A DNA stretch of 64,000 nt. Origin: a virus. Below are positions 49,222 to 57,705 of the stretch, in pieces. The stretch covers positions 1 to 64,000 of the IMG/VR virus record IMGVR_UViG_3300037567_000704; one strand, given 5' to 3'. Numbering within the stretch: position 1 is the first letter of the stretch; every line of letters begins with the position of its first letter. Position numbers and translations under genes: made by a program. The notes under the pieces were generated by a model that saw only the letters and a list, made by a program, of their open reading frames with translations, did not search any database and was not told the DNA's origin.

Positions 49222-50030
49222 TATGCATACCTACCCTGTGTCGTTGTTCCTCCCATTCCTCTAGCCATTTCCTCTTGAATGAGTTGTCCCATCTCTCTTG
49301 CTACTGACCTCTTATCAGTTCGGTCAGTCATTCCGCTAATCTCTATGTTCATAGTCATGTTCTGAGTGATTCCGCCTTGAATAGCAGTGCCCACAGTGGT
49401 AGTGGATTGAGTGTTCGTTCCTCCACCTCCACCGTATATTTTATCAATCGCTTTTCCTATCACATTACTGATTGCATTCTTAATTTTCTTTATGATGGCC
49501 CAGACATATTCGAAAGGCACTTTTATCTTGTCGATAACACCCGTCATAACATCTTTCAGAGTGTCCTTAAGACTCAGCAGTTTGTCTTTAATCCCACCCA
49601 TTTTGGCTTTCAGATTTTTGAGAGCCTTACCAATAGCCTCCTTGATAGCAAACGGTATTCCGAGTATGAAGTCCTTTACCCCACTAAGTTTCTCGATTAT
49701 TCCATCTTTGAGATTTCCTAACTTCTCAGGAATGGAGCCTATGGCTCCAGATATCTTCTCGACCAACCCCATGAAAAGGTCTTTGAATATTCCCAAAATC
49801 GTCTTTGCTCTTTCAATCCAAGGCTCAAGAATGGGTGCTATATGTTCTTCCCATAGAGACTTTATTTTATCGAATGTCTCTTTAGCGGCACCACTGAACT
49901 TGCTCCAGATTTTACCTAAGAACTCACCAACTTTACTTATTCCGCTTTGAATGCCCTCCATAGCACCACTGATGATTTGAGTAGAAGAGTTCACTGCAGA
50001 GAGACTGGTTAACAGCCCTGACAATGCCAT
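49221..50030 (-). CDS. Very short tape measure protein (269 aa)
   Basis: Amphipathic helical repeats with periodic W/F/I and Lys; C-terminal NMTMNIEISG..D...AR..GQ.I; canonical position after the chaperone pair. Confidence 0.7.
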   Translation of the reverse strand: MALSGLLTSLSAVNSSTQIISGAMEGIQSGISKVGEFLGKIWSKFSGAAKETFDKIKSLWEEHIAPILEPWIERAKTILGIFKDLFMGLVEKISGAIGSIPEKLGNLKDGIIEKLSGVKDFILGIPFAIKEAIGKALKNLKAKMGGIKDKLLSLKDTLKDVMTGVIDKIKVPFEYVWAIIKKIKNAISNVIGKAIDKIYGGGGGTNTQSTTTVGTAIQGGITQNMTMNIEISGMTDRTDKRSVAREMGQLIQEEMARGMGGTTTQGRYA

Positions 50031-50311
50031 CAGAAGTCCTCCTGTTCTAAGAACGAGTAATCGAAAGTGATAATCTCATTACTATCAGTGCTCTCAGCGA
50101 ATTTCTGACGAGCGACTTCCTTCTCTTGCTCTTCCTCTACAGCCAATGCCCAAACGAGCGATTGCGTGAAAATCTCCTCACTCATCTGATACACTTCCGT
50201 CAATGAAACACCGTAGTGTTTCGCTACCATATAGGCAAACAGTTCTAGTTGCAGCGAGATGTCTTCAGGGGATTCTATTGTTTTCCTCTGAAGAAACTGC
50301 TGCACCTTCAA
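50030..50311 (-). CDS. Tail assembly chaperone, downstream (gpT-like) frame
   Basis: In the -1 frame relative to the upstream chaperone; that frame is open back across the G7 run; YG.S..EV..M pattern. Confidence 0.65.
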   Translation of the reverse strand: MKVQQFLQRKTIESPEDISLQLELFAYMVAKHYGVSLTEVYQMSEEIFTQSLVWALAVEEEQEKEVARQKFAESTDSNEIITFDYSFLEQEDF

Positions 50312-50676
50312 CTGTTCGCTTTGGTAAACCCCCCCGACATGGCCTCTGCTAATTCATCAGGTTTAGGGAGGAGATTGGCCAACTGCTCCCCCACGTAAGC
50401 ATTGAGTTGGGTTATTTCTTCTGCAGTCAATTCCGGCTCGGTCCCCACTACCCAGTTTGTGAAGGCATACTTCCAGTATGCTTCGAGGTCAAGCGTTACA
50501 CCCTCTCCTCCTACTACAAACATTGTCTGCGCGGCTTTCTGGACATCGAGATACGAAATCTCTCTTATCCACACCAATAGCATGCTGTCCGGGTTATCCG
50601 GGTCGGCACGTATCTCATACTGGTGGTCATTCTTCTTCGTCAATATTTTGTTCTTTTCCACTACTGTCATTTTCAT
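50308..50676 (-). CDS. Tail assembly chaperone (gpG-like)
   Basis: About 120 aa, acidic, between tail tube and tape measure; ends just after a slippery run. Confidence 0.65.
   Translation of the reverse strand: MKMTVVEKNKILTKKNDHQYEIRADPDNPDSMLLVWIREISYLDVQKAAQTMFVVGGEGVTLDLEAYWKYAFTNWVVGTEPELTAEEITQLNAYVGEQLANLLPKPDELAEAMSGGFTKANS
50326..50335 (-). other. Predicted -1 programmed ribosomal frameshift site G GGG GGG TTT
   Basis: Seven G (50329-50335) in phase TCG GGG GGG TTT; a -1 slip joins the two chaperone ORFs. Confidence 0.7.
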
Positions 50677-51268
50677 TCACTTCCTCGGTTGCAGCCGTAT
50701 CTACGGGGGCATCCAATGATTCCTCGGCAGCCTCTTCCAAGGGGGCCTCGGTCTCATTTTCTGTCGGTTGTGCTTCTGTGATTCCATCATCGTCTCGTCG
50801 TAATCTGAGAACGACCTCTGCTTTGGTTCCACGTATCGTAAGACCTCGTTGTCTGCATACATCTTGCAGTTCACGTATGGTATACGAATTGTAATCATTA
50901 AGGATGAATGGAGAGTCCACCAATTCTTCAGGTTCAGGCTCAGGTTCAGGCTCAGGTTCAGGCTCAGGTTCAGGCTCAGGTTCAGGTTCAGGCTCAGGCT
51001 CAGGTTCTGTTAGAACAATACCCTCATCATCAGAAGAATCAGTCCAATGAACTCCAGTCACGTCTATTGCCGCTTGAACCCATGTTGGCTCTTCTTCTTC
51101 CTCATAATGTAACAGAGTCTCAGCGAAAGCATCAATCTCATGTCTTGAGCCCAGTTGGAGCATTTCCTCATCCATCTCTATACCAATCCTATCAACTAAC
51201 CACATGACATAATCTGCTCTGCTGTTCCTGTTGTAGAATCGCGCTCTCATTCTTCCTCCCGGCAACAT
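50627..51268 (-). CDS. Acidic protein with (PE)13 linker and SAP domain
   Basis: YNSYTIRELQDVCRQRGLTIRGTKAEVVLRL matches the SAP consensus. Confidence 0.8.
   Translation of the reverse strand: MLPGGRMRARFYNRNSRADYVMWLVDRIGIEMDEEMLQLGSRHEIDAFAETLLHYEEEEEPTWVQAAIDVTGVHWTDSSDDEGIVLTEPEPEPEPEPEPEPEPEPEPEPEPEPEELVDSPFILNDYNSYTIRELQDVCRQRGLTIRGTKAEVVLRLRRDDDGITEAQPTENETEAPLEEAAEESLDAPVDTAATEEVNENDSSGKEQNIDEEE
50927..51004 (-). repeat. Coding hexamer repeat (CCTGAR)13
   Basis: 13 tandem YTCAGG units on the + strand, encoding (PE)13. Confidence 0.95.
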
Positions 51269-51277
51269 AGTCTAACC

Positions 51278-53521
51278 TCATGAATGGAATAGTGTATCTG
51301 TGGCAATAACTCTCATTGACTTAGGAGCAATCTTGAGCATACTTCGAATCGGCCCTTTGTCCTCCGGTATTGGCAAAGGAGCCTCTGTGATGAAGTAATC
51401 ATCTATGATTATGTCAAGTGACTCCTTGGTCCCAGTGCCACCCTGTTTGGTGAAAGAGAGACGAATCATATCTGAATCAGTAGTATCTGTAGTAGTATCA
51501 TCAAAGTTGTCCACTGCTCTCCTCATATTGTGATAGAAAACGGGGTCATCCACTATTATCTCCAAATCTAAGTCATAGGTGGTCTTACCTTCAACAGCAA
51601 TGGTAGGATTACGAGCGCCAGCAAAGGGAACTTGGTCGGTAACGGCACTATCCACGTTGGACCCTGTGATTGTGTAGAACTGCTGAACACCTGTAGTGCC
51701 TTTCAAAGTGAAACTAGTTACTTGCCCCAACGTCACGCCCTTGACGGTTATGATTCCGTTGTAAAACATGAAGGGCTTCTGAGTCCTCTTGGCAATTCCT
51801 GACTTCTTCCTGTTGGCTTCAGTGTTAGCAGTGTCCTCGAAGAGCCTATGCGGGTCGTATCTGTCTCCCTTGTTACTCGTTTCCAATCTGCCTGTATCCG
51901 TGTAACAGAGAGCCGCATCGAAATTCACAGTCATTCTTAGAGCAGCATCAGTATCTGCCTTGAGAGAGAAGTCCTTGACCTTGCACCCACGATACAGCCT
52001 TGTGAGTTGCTTAGTATCAGCAGCACCTCCAGAGACATCTTCAGTAATATCAGTTCCAGTATCAGCAGTATCGTTTCTTCTGATACTGACTTCCATAGCG
52101 AAAGATGGGACTGTGGACCTTGAAAAGATGAGCCTCTGCACCGGATTTTGTAAAGTAGCATAAGAAGAACTGCCGGAAGTAGTAATGAGATGGGGGCTAC
52201 CTTTGGTGTTATCACCATTGAACTGGGTGAAGAAGATTGCAGAAGCGCTGACATGACTAAAACAGAATGGGTCGTCTATCCATATCGAGGAGTCTTTGAT
52301 AGCCGCTATCCTCCGTATCTCAGTCTTGTTGGCTCTACTGACTATGCTATCAGCGCCATTGACGGGCCATACACCGTCACTTGCAGTTTCTCTATGGACG
52401 TTTATGTCAGTAAGATTGTCATTACTAGCCCCAGCACCCTCTGGAATCCAGACGTAATCCCCCACACCCGGAACCACATTACCAGTCAGTTCAGCAGCAG
52501 GAGTTCCGGTGTATTTGAAGAAGGAGTCGCCGGGGTTGATTGTAGTTGTAGTCTTCACCACAGTAGCGGCATTGCACAAAGCGGCGGAACTATAGTAAAG
52601 AGCATCATTATTAGAAAGAGCCGTTTTTATCCCAGCACTGCAAGTAATGGTGCTACCGGCACCACTATCGCTCGCAGCAGTGATATGACCTACATACTGA
52701 CCGTATTGATTGAAAATAGCATCTCCGGGGTCTAATCCCACAGGAACAGCAGTGATTGCTATTGCGCCTGTATATCCAACAGCCTGCGCCCCATTGCTAT
52801 CCACAGCCGCAACAGCAGTCACTATCGGCATCTTGACTACCTCATGACCAAGAGTGTAGTAGAACCAACGAGCGTTGTGTATGTTGGCTTCGAAAGAGCC
52901 ACCTGTGTTGATGAACCTACCCGGAACTTGGATTGCAACATCACGACCAAGACCCACTACATGAAATCTCTTCAAGTCCACTGTGGTCTCCGGTAATGCG
53001 ACTGTGCCTACCACTCCCACGAATTGGTCAGTCAGAACCGATTCTGCTGCAGCATTAGCATTAGTAGCATGTTCCATGTTGATGTCCATCGTGGGGGTCT
53101 TGTAAGGCAGAATATGTAATTTACCTACATCATTGGTAGCAGTAGTCACATTGGCAGTAGCACTGTGAGCAGTCCTCAATGCTGGTGTGAGGGTGAGTTC
53201 AGTGGCTGATTGTGCCACTATCGTGAAAGTCCTACCACTTTTTGAGTAGTTGTCGTCTGAACTGAAAGCAGCACCGAGGTCAGAGAAGACCACCTTACTG
53301 CCTACCAGCATCCCTTTTGGAAACATTATCTGCTCACTTGCATTGACGGGCAAACCGTCTTCCCCATCTGCGAAAATAATGACGCTGGTATCTGCAATCG
53401 AGTCTTTGGTATGAGCGACAATACGCAGATTATTCGAACCCATACCGTTTTCTAACACTATCCCAGACTCGTGTCCGAAACTGATTTCGGACAAATCACC
53501 CTTGTAGACTGTGGACGGCAT
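51278..53521 (-). CDS. Major tail (tube) protein with inserted accessory domains (747 aa)
   Basis: Follows the tail terminator and precedes the chaperones; tube-like segments (YRGCKVKDFSLKA, PFMFYNG.I, GKTTYDLDLEI) interrupted by beta-rich inserts. Confidence 0.65.
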   Translation of the reverse strand: MPSTVYKGDLSEISFGHESGIVLENGMGSNNLRIVAHTKDSIADTSVIIFADGEDGLPVNASEQIMFPKGMLVGSKVVFSDLGAAFSSDDNYSKSGRTFTIVAQSATELTLTPALRTAHSATANVTTATNDVGKLHILPYKTPTMDINMEHATNANAAAESVLTDQFVGVVGTVALPETTVDLKRFHVVGLGRDVAIQVPGRFINTGGSFEANIHNARWFYYTLGHEVVKMPIVTAVAAVDSNGAQAVGYTGAIAITAVPVGLDPGDAIFNQYGQYVGHITAASDSGAGSTITCSAGIKTALSNNDALYYSSAALCNAATVVKTTTTINPGDSFFKYTGTPAAELTGNVVPGVGDYVWIPEGAGASNDNLTDINVHRETASDGVWPVNGADSIVSRANKTEIRRIAAIKDSSIWIDDPFCFSHVSASAIFFTQFNGDNTKGSPHLITTSGSSSYATLQNPVQRLIFSRSTVPSFAMEVSIRRNDTADTGTDITEDVSGGAADTKQLTRLYRGCKVKDFSLKADTDAALRMTVNFDAALCYTDTGRLETSNKGDRYDPHRLFEDTANTEANRKKSGIAKRTQKPFMFYNGIITVKGVTLGQVTSFTLKGTTGVQQFYTITGSNVDSAVTDQVPFAGARNPTIAVEGKTTYDLDLEIIVDDPVFYHNMRRAVDNFDDTTTDTTDSDMIRLSFTKQGGTGTKESLDIIIDDYFITEAPLPIPEDKGPIRSMLKIAPKSMRVIATDTLFHS

Positions 53522-53535
53522 GACTCTCTCTCACC

Positions 53536-53985
53536 TCATGGGATAAGTTCTGCAAAGATAACTACTTCGATTTGGAAGGTCGTTCTGAACAACATTTTGG
53601 ACCTATCTGACAAATCTGTACGTGTTTTGAATACAAGCCTGTCAAAATTAGTGCCATCTCCCTTTCTCTTGATGTGAATACATCTACGAACCTCGTTCTC
53701 CATGTTCTGCATGTGCTTACGACTCCTCATGGTCCGAGCATCAAGAGTGATATTAATGCGCGTCGTAACAAAATCATAGAGCATTTCAGGAGTCTCTTCG
53801 TTGTGCGCTGTCTCAAAGACCAAAACGTAATCTCGATTTTTCATATCCAACCTCTTCCCGCGCTCTGGACTGATTTCAGCGATATCTATGATTACAGGCT
53901 TGTAGTTATTGGTATTACCTCGATTCCAATTCGTGTCTAAGACATCAATCAATACGTCTAACCCTTCGAGCCAAGTAGCAGTCAT
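53536..53985 (-). CDS. Putative tail terminator/completion protein
   Basis: 149 aa immediately upstream of the tube gene; helix-strand pattern typical of gpU-like proteins. Confidence 0.55.
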   Translation of the reverse strand: MTATWLEGLDVLIDVLDTNWNRGNTNNYKPVIIDIAEISPERGKRLDMKNRDYVLVFETAHNEETPEMLYDFVTTRINITLDARTMRSRKHMQNMENEVRRCIHIKRKGDGTNFDRLVFKTRTDLSDRSKMLFRTTFQIEVVIFAELIP

Positions 53986-54320
53986 ACCTTCACCTTCCTG
54001 ATAATCTTCATACCCACGTATTCGAAACCTAACTCATTCATCATGGAATTACCTTCTGTGAGCATCCTCTCCTCAACTATCTTCAAGACGCCTTTTCCCT
54101 TCTCGAAGTCTATCGGTTGCTGGGTATTCTCATCAATCATGACTCCGTCTTTCTGGATTATTCCCGCTTCTTCAAACTCTTCCCGCTCTTTAACTGCTCT
54201 AAGTGAGACAGGTTCCTGTGAAAAGAAAGCCCTCAATTCCTTCTGTGCGTTATCGTCCTTTTTGAATCCCTTATTGATTTCAAATAAGGTCTCTACAGCG
54301 AAATCATCCTTCTTAGCCAA
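53982..54320 (-). CDS. Hypothetical neck-region protein
   Basis: Start reassigned to TTG 54320 after a GGAGGTGG SD; stop overlaps the next start. Confidence 0.5.
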   Translation of the reverse strand: MAKKDDFAVETLFEINKGFKKDDNAQKELRAFFSQEPVSLRAVKEREEFEEAGIIQKDGVMIDENTQQPIDFEKGKGVLKIVEERMLTEGNSMMNELGFEYVGMKIIRKVKV

Positions 54321-55986
54321 AGGAGACCACCTCCAAGTAACGCGGCAGAGTCCTTTCCACATCTGCTTTGTAGAGTTGGATTTTGGAAGACAAGTCCACA
54401 TTCTGAGTTCCTTCTGGTATCAGAACGCTACGGTCATCACTCATCAGTAAATCAACCGCCACCATCTTGGTGCACATATCCTCTATACCTTTCTCAAGAT
54501 AACGCTCTCCATAAATGTAAGCCACCTTGATTGCATTCCACTCGAAGAACGGGTATGAGTTGTTGAAGTAAATGATACCCATCTCGTTGTCAATCCACCA
54601 ATCTCGCAGTCTACCTCTATCACCAGAAGCACTACCGCCCTGCAAATCAACTGACAAAAGGTATTGAGTGATTTCTACACCTGTGGTGTTCAAAGTAGTT
54701 AAAGGAGTTCCGCTGAGATTAACACACCCAGTGAAAGTTCCCCACGCTGTAACGGCTCCTGTATCAGGATGGAGCGTCGTTGCCGTCTTTCCAGTGTAAG
54801 AAACTACCTCGTTACCTACCTGTAATAGACCCTTTTCAACGAAACCAGCAGTCTTAGATGCAGTGGTAGTGGCTCCATTATCATCGAAAGTGTAACCAAG
54901 AGTCACTGTAGTTGAACTCACCGATGCGCTATATGCAGTCGCTGAGGTAGTTTCACTCACCGTTATGTTGGTAGCATCACTTACTGCGATAGTGCAAGTC
55001 TCCCCGGCAGAAGTAGAACGCATACTAGTTATCTTGACCACACCGCTACCATAATCAGAATTAGCGGTGGCGAGGAACTCGTTATGAACAGCAACAGCAG
55101 AAGTGCTACCTTCTAAAGTGAATGTAGTAGTAGAATCACTTTGGTCTGAAAGGAAATTGACGACAGTCTTACCGACTCTGTCTTCTTTATTGATTAGGTC
55201 AGCGAAATTCTGGGCTGTAGTAATTTTGTCGAAGTCTGACCTCCATTGGTTTGTTCCCGTCCCGATTTGTAATTTGGCAAAGAATCCGTTACCAGAAGAT
55301 AGGAATACGCTATCAGAAGCGAGTTTGGTATAGTCTGTTATTATGACTCTACATTCTGCAGCACCTATCTCTCTGTAATCGTCTCCTTGCCAGAGTTCCA
55401 ATCTAAGAATCTGTTGAACGTTTCTGTATAGAAGAGGAGTGGTTCCCACATAATCAGTGTAGTATCGGCGGCGATAAGGTTTGTATGTATCGAAATTGAT
55501 GTATTCTGCATTAACTAGATTGGGTCTCCAAGAGTTATGAGTTATGTTGTCTATCTTGTCCTGCATCCTCTTGATTATTTTCTCCACCTTGTCTTTGGTC
55601 ATACCACGAGTCCTACCATTAGTGAAGGAAGCCGTGTTCTGGACATATGCATTGTCAGCGAATTGGTAGTTAGCATGAGTGATTGAGACAGCGAAGTTCA
55701 ATTGGACACCGGGTGAGTTGGTTGTCACCGAGGTAATTGTTCTCTCTGTCCCCATGGGGTCTGCATCAGAATAGAGAAGAATGATATCATCTTTACTGAA
55801 TCCTATGTTCCTATAGTCCGTCCCGGTGACGTATACTGCGTTCGCTGTGCTGTCTTGAGCGACAAGAACAGCATCCTGCGGTCCTATATCGAGTAGGTCA
55901 GCGACATTCTGCGCTGTGGTGTAGACAATGGCATCTGGGTCAAGAGGCCTTGTCTCTGCTTCACCCGGACTGAATACTTGTGGCAT
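54313..55986 (-). CDS. Putative head-tail adaptor/connector with inserted domains (557 aa)
   Basis: N-terminal YTTAQNVADLL and C-terminal IKVAYIYG....P-like..I..MC..MVA pattern of gp6/gp15-like adaptors. Confidence 0.55.
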   Translation of the reverse strand: MPQVFSPGEAETRPLDPDAIVYTTAQNVADLLDIGPQDAVLVAQDSTANAVYVTGTDYRNIGFSKDDIILLYSDADPMGTERTITSVTTNSPGVQLNFAVSITHANYQFADNAYVQNTASFTNGRTRGMTKDKVEKIIKRMQDKIDNITHNSWRPNLVNAEYINFDTYKPYRRRYYTDYVGTTPLLYRNVQQILRLELWQGDDYREIGAAECRVIITDYTKLASDSVFLSSGNGFFAKLQIGTGTNQWRSDFDKITTAQNFADLINKEDRVGKTVVNFLSDQSDSTTTFTLEGSTSAVAVHNEFLATANSDYGSGVVKITSMRSTSAGETCTIAVSDATNITVSETTSATAYSASVSSTTVTLGYTFDDNGATTTASKTAGFVEKGLLQVGNEVVSYTGKTATTLHPDTGAVTAWGTFTGCVNLSGTPLTTLNTTGVEITQYLLSVDLQGGSASGDRGRLRDWWIDNEMGIIYFNNSYPFFEWNAIKVAYIYGERYLEKGIEDMCTKMVAVDLLMSDDRSVLIPEGTQNVDLSSKIQLYKADVERTLPRYLEVVSFG

Positions 55987-56285
55987 TAGAGCCTCGCCCC
56001 CTCATCACGATGGCCGAGGTTGTATTCCATAGGCCTTTTGCAACTCCCACAATCTTTCTTCCACATGAAATGAAGAAGACCACAGTGCTTACAACGAGTG
56101 CCAGAGCCAATATTGAGAACGTCGCCTATATCCTTGTTTCTCTGTCGCTGCTCAGAAATTACGCCCTCCAAGGGCTTCAAATCGTTGTATACCTCGCTTG
56201 TCCCTAAGGACTCAGCCAGTCTAACATTCTCTTTTTGAGCACGAGAGATGTCGTCAAAATCGAGAGTTTTTAACTCGAAACCCAC
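55986..56285 (-). CDS. Zn-ribbon protein
   Basis: CKHC...CGSC; TAATG coupling to the adaptor gene. Confidence 0.65.
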   Translation of the reverse strand: MGFELKTLDFDDISRAQKENVRLAESLGTSEVYNDLKPLEGVISEQRQRNKDIGDVLNIGSGTRCKHCGLLHFMWKKDCGSCKRPMEYNLGHRDEGARL

Positions 56286-56300
56286 ACATCTCCCTCACTC

Positions 56301-56501
56301 TCATGCACTACCTGTGCCATATGTAGTTGTTACAAAAATCCAAACATTACCAAGAATAGTATGCGGGTCAGCAGACACTATTGTGGCATTACCGGCAGCA
56401 GTAACTACGGCAGCCGCTATTGTCGTAACACTGCTCGCGCCTTCTATGAAATCCTTAGGCGGGTAAGGCCCTAGTATTGTGCACGATGTTGTTGCTGCCA
56501 T
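56301..56501 (-). CDS. Small hypothetical virion-module protein
   Basis: ATG with GGCGGT SD-like motif; fits operon tiling. Confidence 0.55.
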   Translation of the reverse strand: MAATTSCTILGPYPPKDFIEGASSVTTIAAAVVTAAGNATIVSADPHTILGNVWIFVTTTYGTGSA

Positions 56502-56515
56502 TTAGATTACCGCCT

Positions 56516-56794
56516 TCAAGAACGGTTACCTATCGCCATGAACTGGTAGTCGCCGCCAGACCCGCTAGTTATCGTAGCGAGATAGACCAACGTTCCGTCA
56601 ATGGATGAGGCGGGTGCTGCCAAAGCGGTCGCCCCTACTCCGTTGATGAGGAAAGTATCTACGCTCGCTAGAAGGTCAGCAAAATCAATGTGACCGCTAG
56701 TTGCTCCTGAGTTAGTTAGTGTTCCAGTCACCACAGCCTTGTTTCCAAATACTGTCGGTCTTGCGTCAAATGCTAATGTTGCTAGTAATGCCAT
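56516..56794 (-). CDS. Small hypothetical virion-module protein (possible decoration protein)
   Basis: Beta-rich 92 aa; GAGTGA SD. Confidence 0.6.
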   Translation of the reverse strand: MALLATLAFDARPTVFGNKAVVTGTLTNSGATSGHIDFADLLASVDTFLINGVGATALAAPASSIDGTLVYLATITSGSGGDYQFMAIGNRS

Positions 56795-56800
56795 TTCTAA

Positions 56801-57238
56801 TCACTCTTCTGTTTTTTCTGCCTCTTCCTTGGCTGGTTCTTCGACTATTTCCTCGATTACTTCTTCGACTATTTCCTCGACTACTTCTACTTCAGGTTCG
56901 ACTACTTCTACTATCGGCTCAGGGGCGGGGGGATTTAGATGTTGCTCCACTATACCAAGTAGCGCACTCTTTGTTTTGTAACCCAGACCCAGAGATACAC
57001 CCTGTTCGTCTAACCACGTTATGATATCAGGTCTTCGCCATCCAGAATCTGGAAGGCCATCCCCATCATCGTGAGTAGGAGCCTCATCTCCTTCGATTTC
57101 GAAATTCTCACCCATGTGGAAACGATTATCATCCATCCACTTTTGAGATACATCTACCCATTGGGCCCTTGGAAAGACAACGTCCTTCCCAGCACTTCTG
57201 GTCTCGTAATGAGGACCCAAAAACCTAACCTGCGGCAA
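56801..57238 (-). CDS. Acidic protein with HeH/LEM-like motif
   Basis: WRRPDIITWLDEQGVSLGLGYKTKSALL followed by an EE(I/V)V acidic repeat tail; TTG start with GAGGTG SD. Confidence 0.6.
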   Translation of the reverse strand: MPQVRFLGPHYETRSAGKDVVFPRAQWVDVSQKWMDDNRFHMGENFEIEGDEAPTHDDGDGLPDSGWRRPDIITWLDEQGVSLGLGYKTKSALLGIVEQHLNPPAPEPIVEVVEPEVEVVEEIVEEVIEEIVEEPAKEEAEKTEE

Positions 57239-57247
57239 TTATACACC

Positions 57248-57670
57248 TCAAGAGACTATTGCCATGAAAAGAGTTCTGTTGTCCAATGTGCCCTCTGCGA
57301 GCATTGTGGCCGTTGCACTTCCGCCGGTAGTGAGGTTAGTCGTGCAAGTCAGAGACTTACCCGCTACACCCGAACCGCCGATTATCAGTCCGTGAATGGT
57401 ATCTGCATCTCCACCAACTGTGAAGACGTTAGCGTTCTGCACTAGAGTGAGAACACCCATCACGAGTTTCAACCCTCGTCCTGCTGTATTTATCGTATCG
57501 TCGTTTGTTGCTTGGAATCCAGTTATAGCGCCGGGGTAAGCATCTGCTACTCCTGCCGCACCGTCTAACCAGCGCGTGCTACCTTCTAACGCTCCTGCAT
57601 ACATATCTATTTCAAAATCTACGGCCATTACGCCGCCACTTCCTGTCGTTAAACTAAATGTTACTGCCAT
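57248..57670 (-). CDS. Putative capsid decoration/minor head protein
   Basis: 140-aa Gly/Ala/Thr-rich beta protein directly after MCP; GAGGTGA SD. Confidence 0.5.
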   Translation of the reverse strand: MAVTFSLTTGSGGVMAVDFEIDMYAGALEGSTRWLDGAAGVADAYPGAITGFQATNDDTINTAGRGLKLVMGVLTLVQNANVFTVGGDADTIHGLIIGGSGVAGKSLTCTTNLTTGGSATATMLAEGTLDNRTLFMAIVS

Positions 57671-57705
57671 TTTTTTTCACCTCTATCTCCTATAATTCTC
57701 CATCA

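Noticed and set aside
50908-51207. + strand ORF with QVQAQVQA repeats
   Set aside because: Antisense reading of the (PE)13 repeat.
56838-56912. 12-bp-period repeat as a regulatory array
   Set aside because: Explained by the coding EE(I/V)V acidic tail of 56801-57238.
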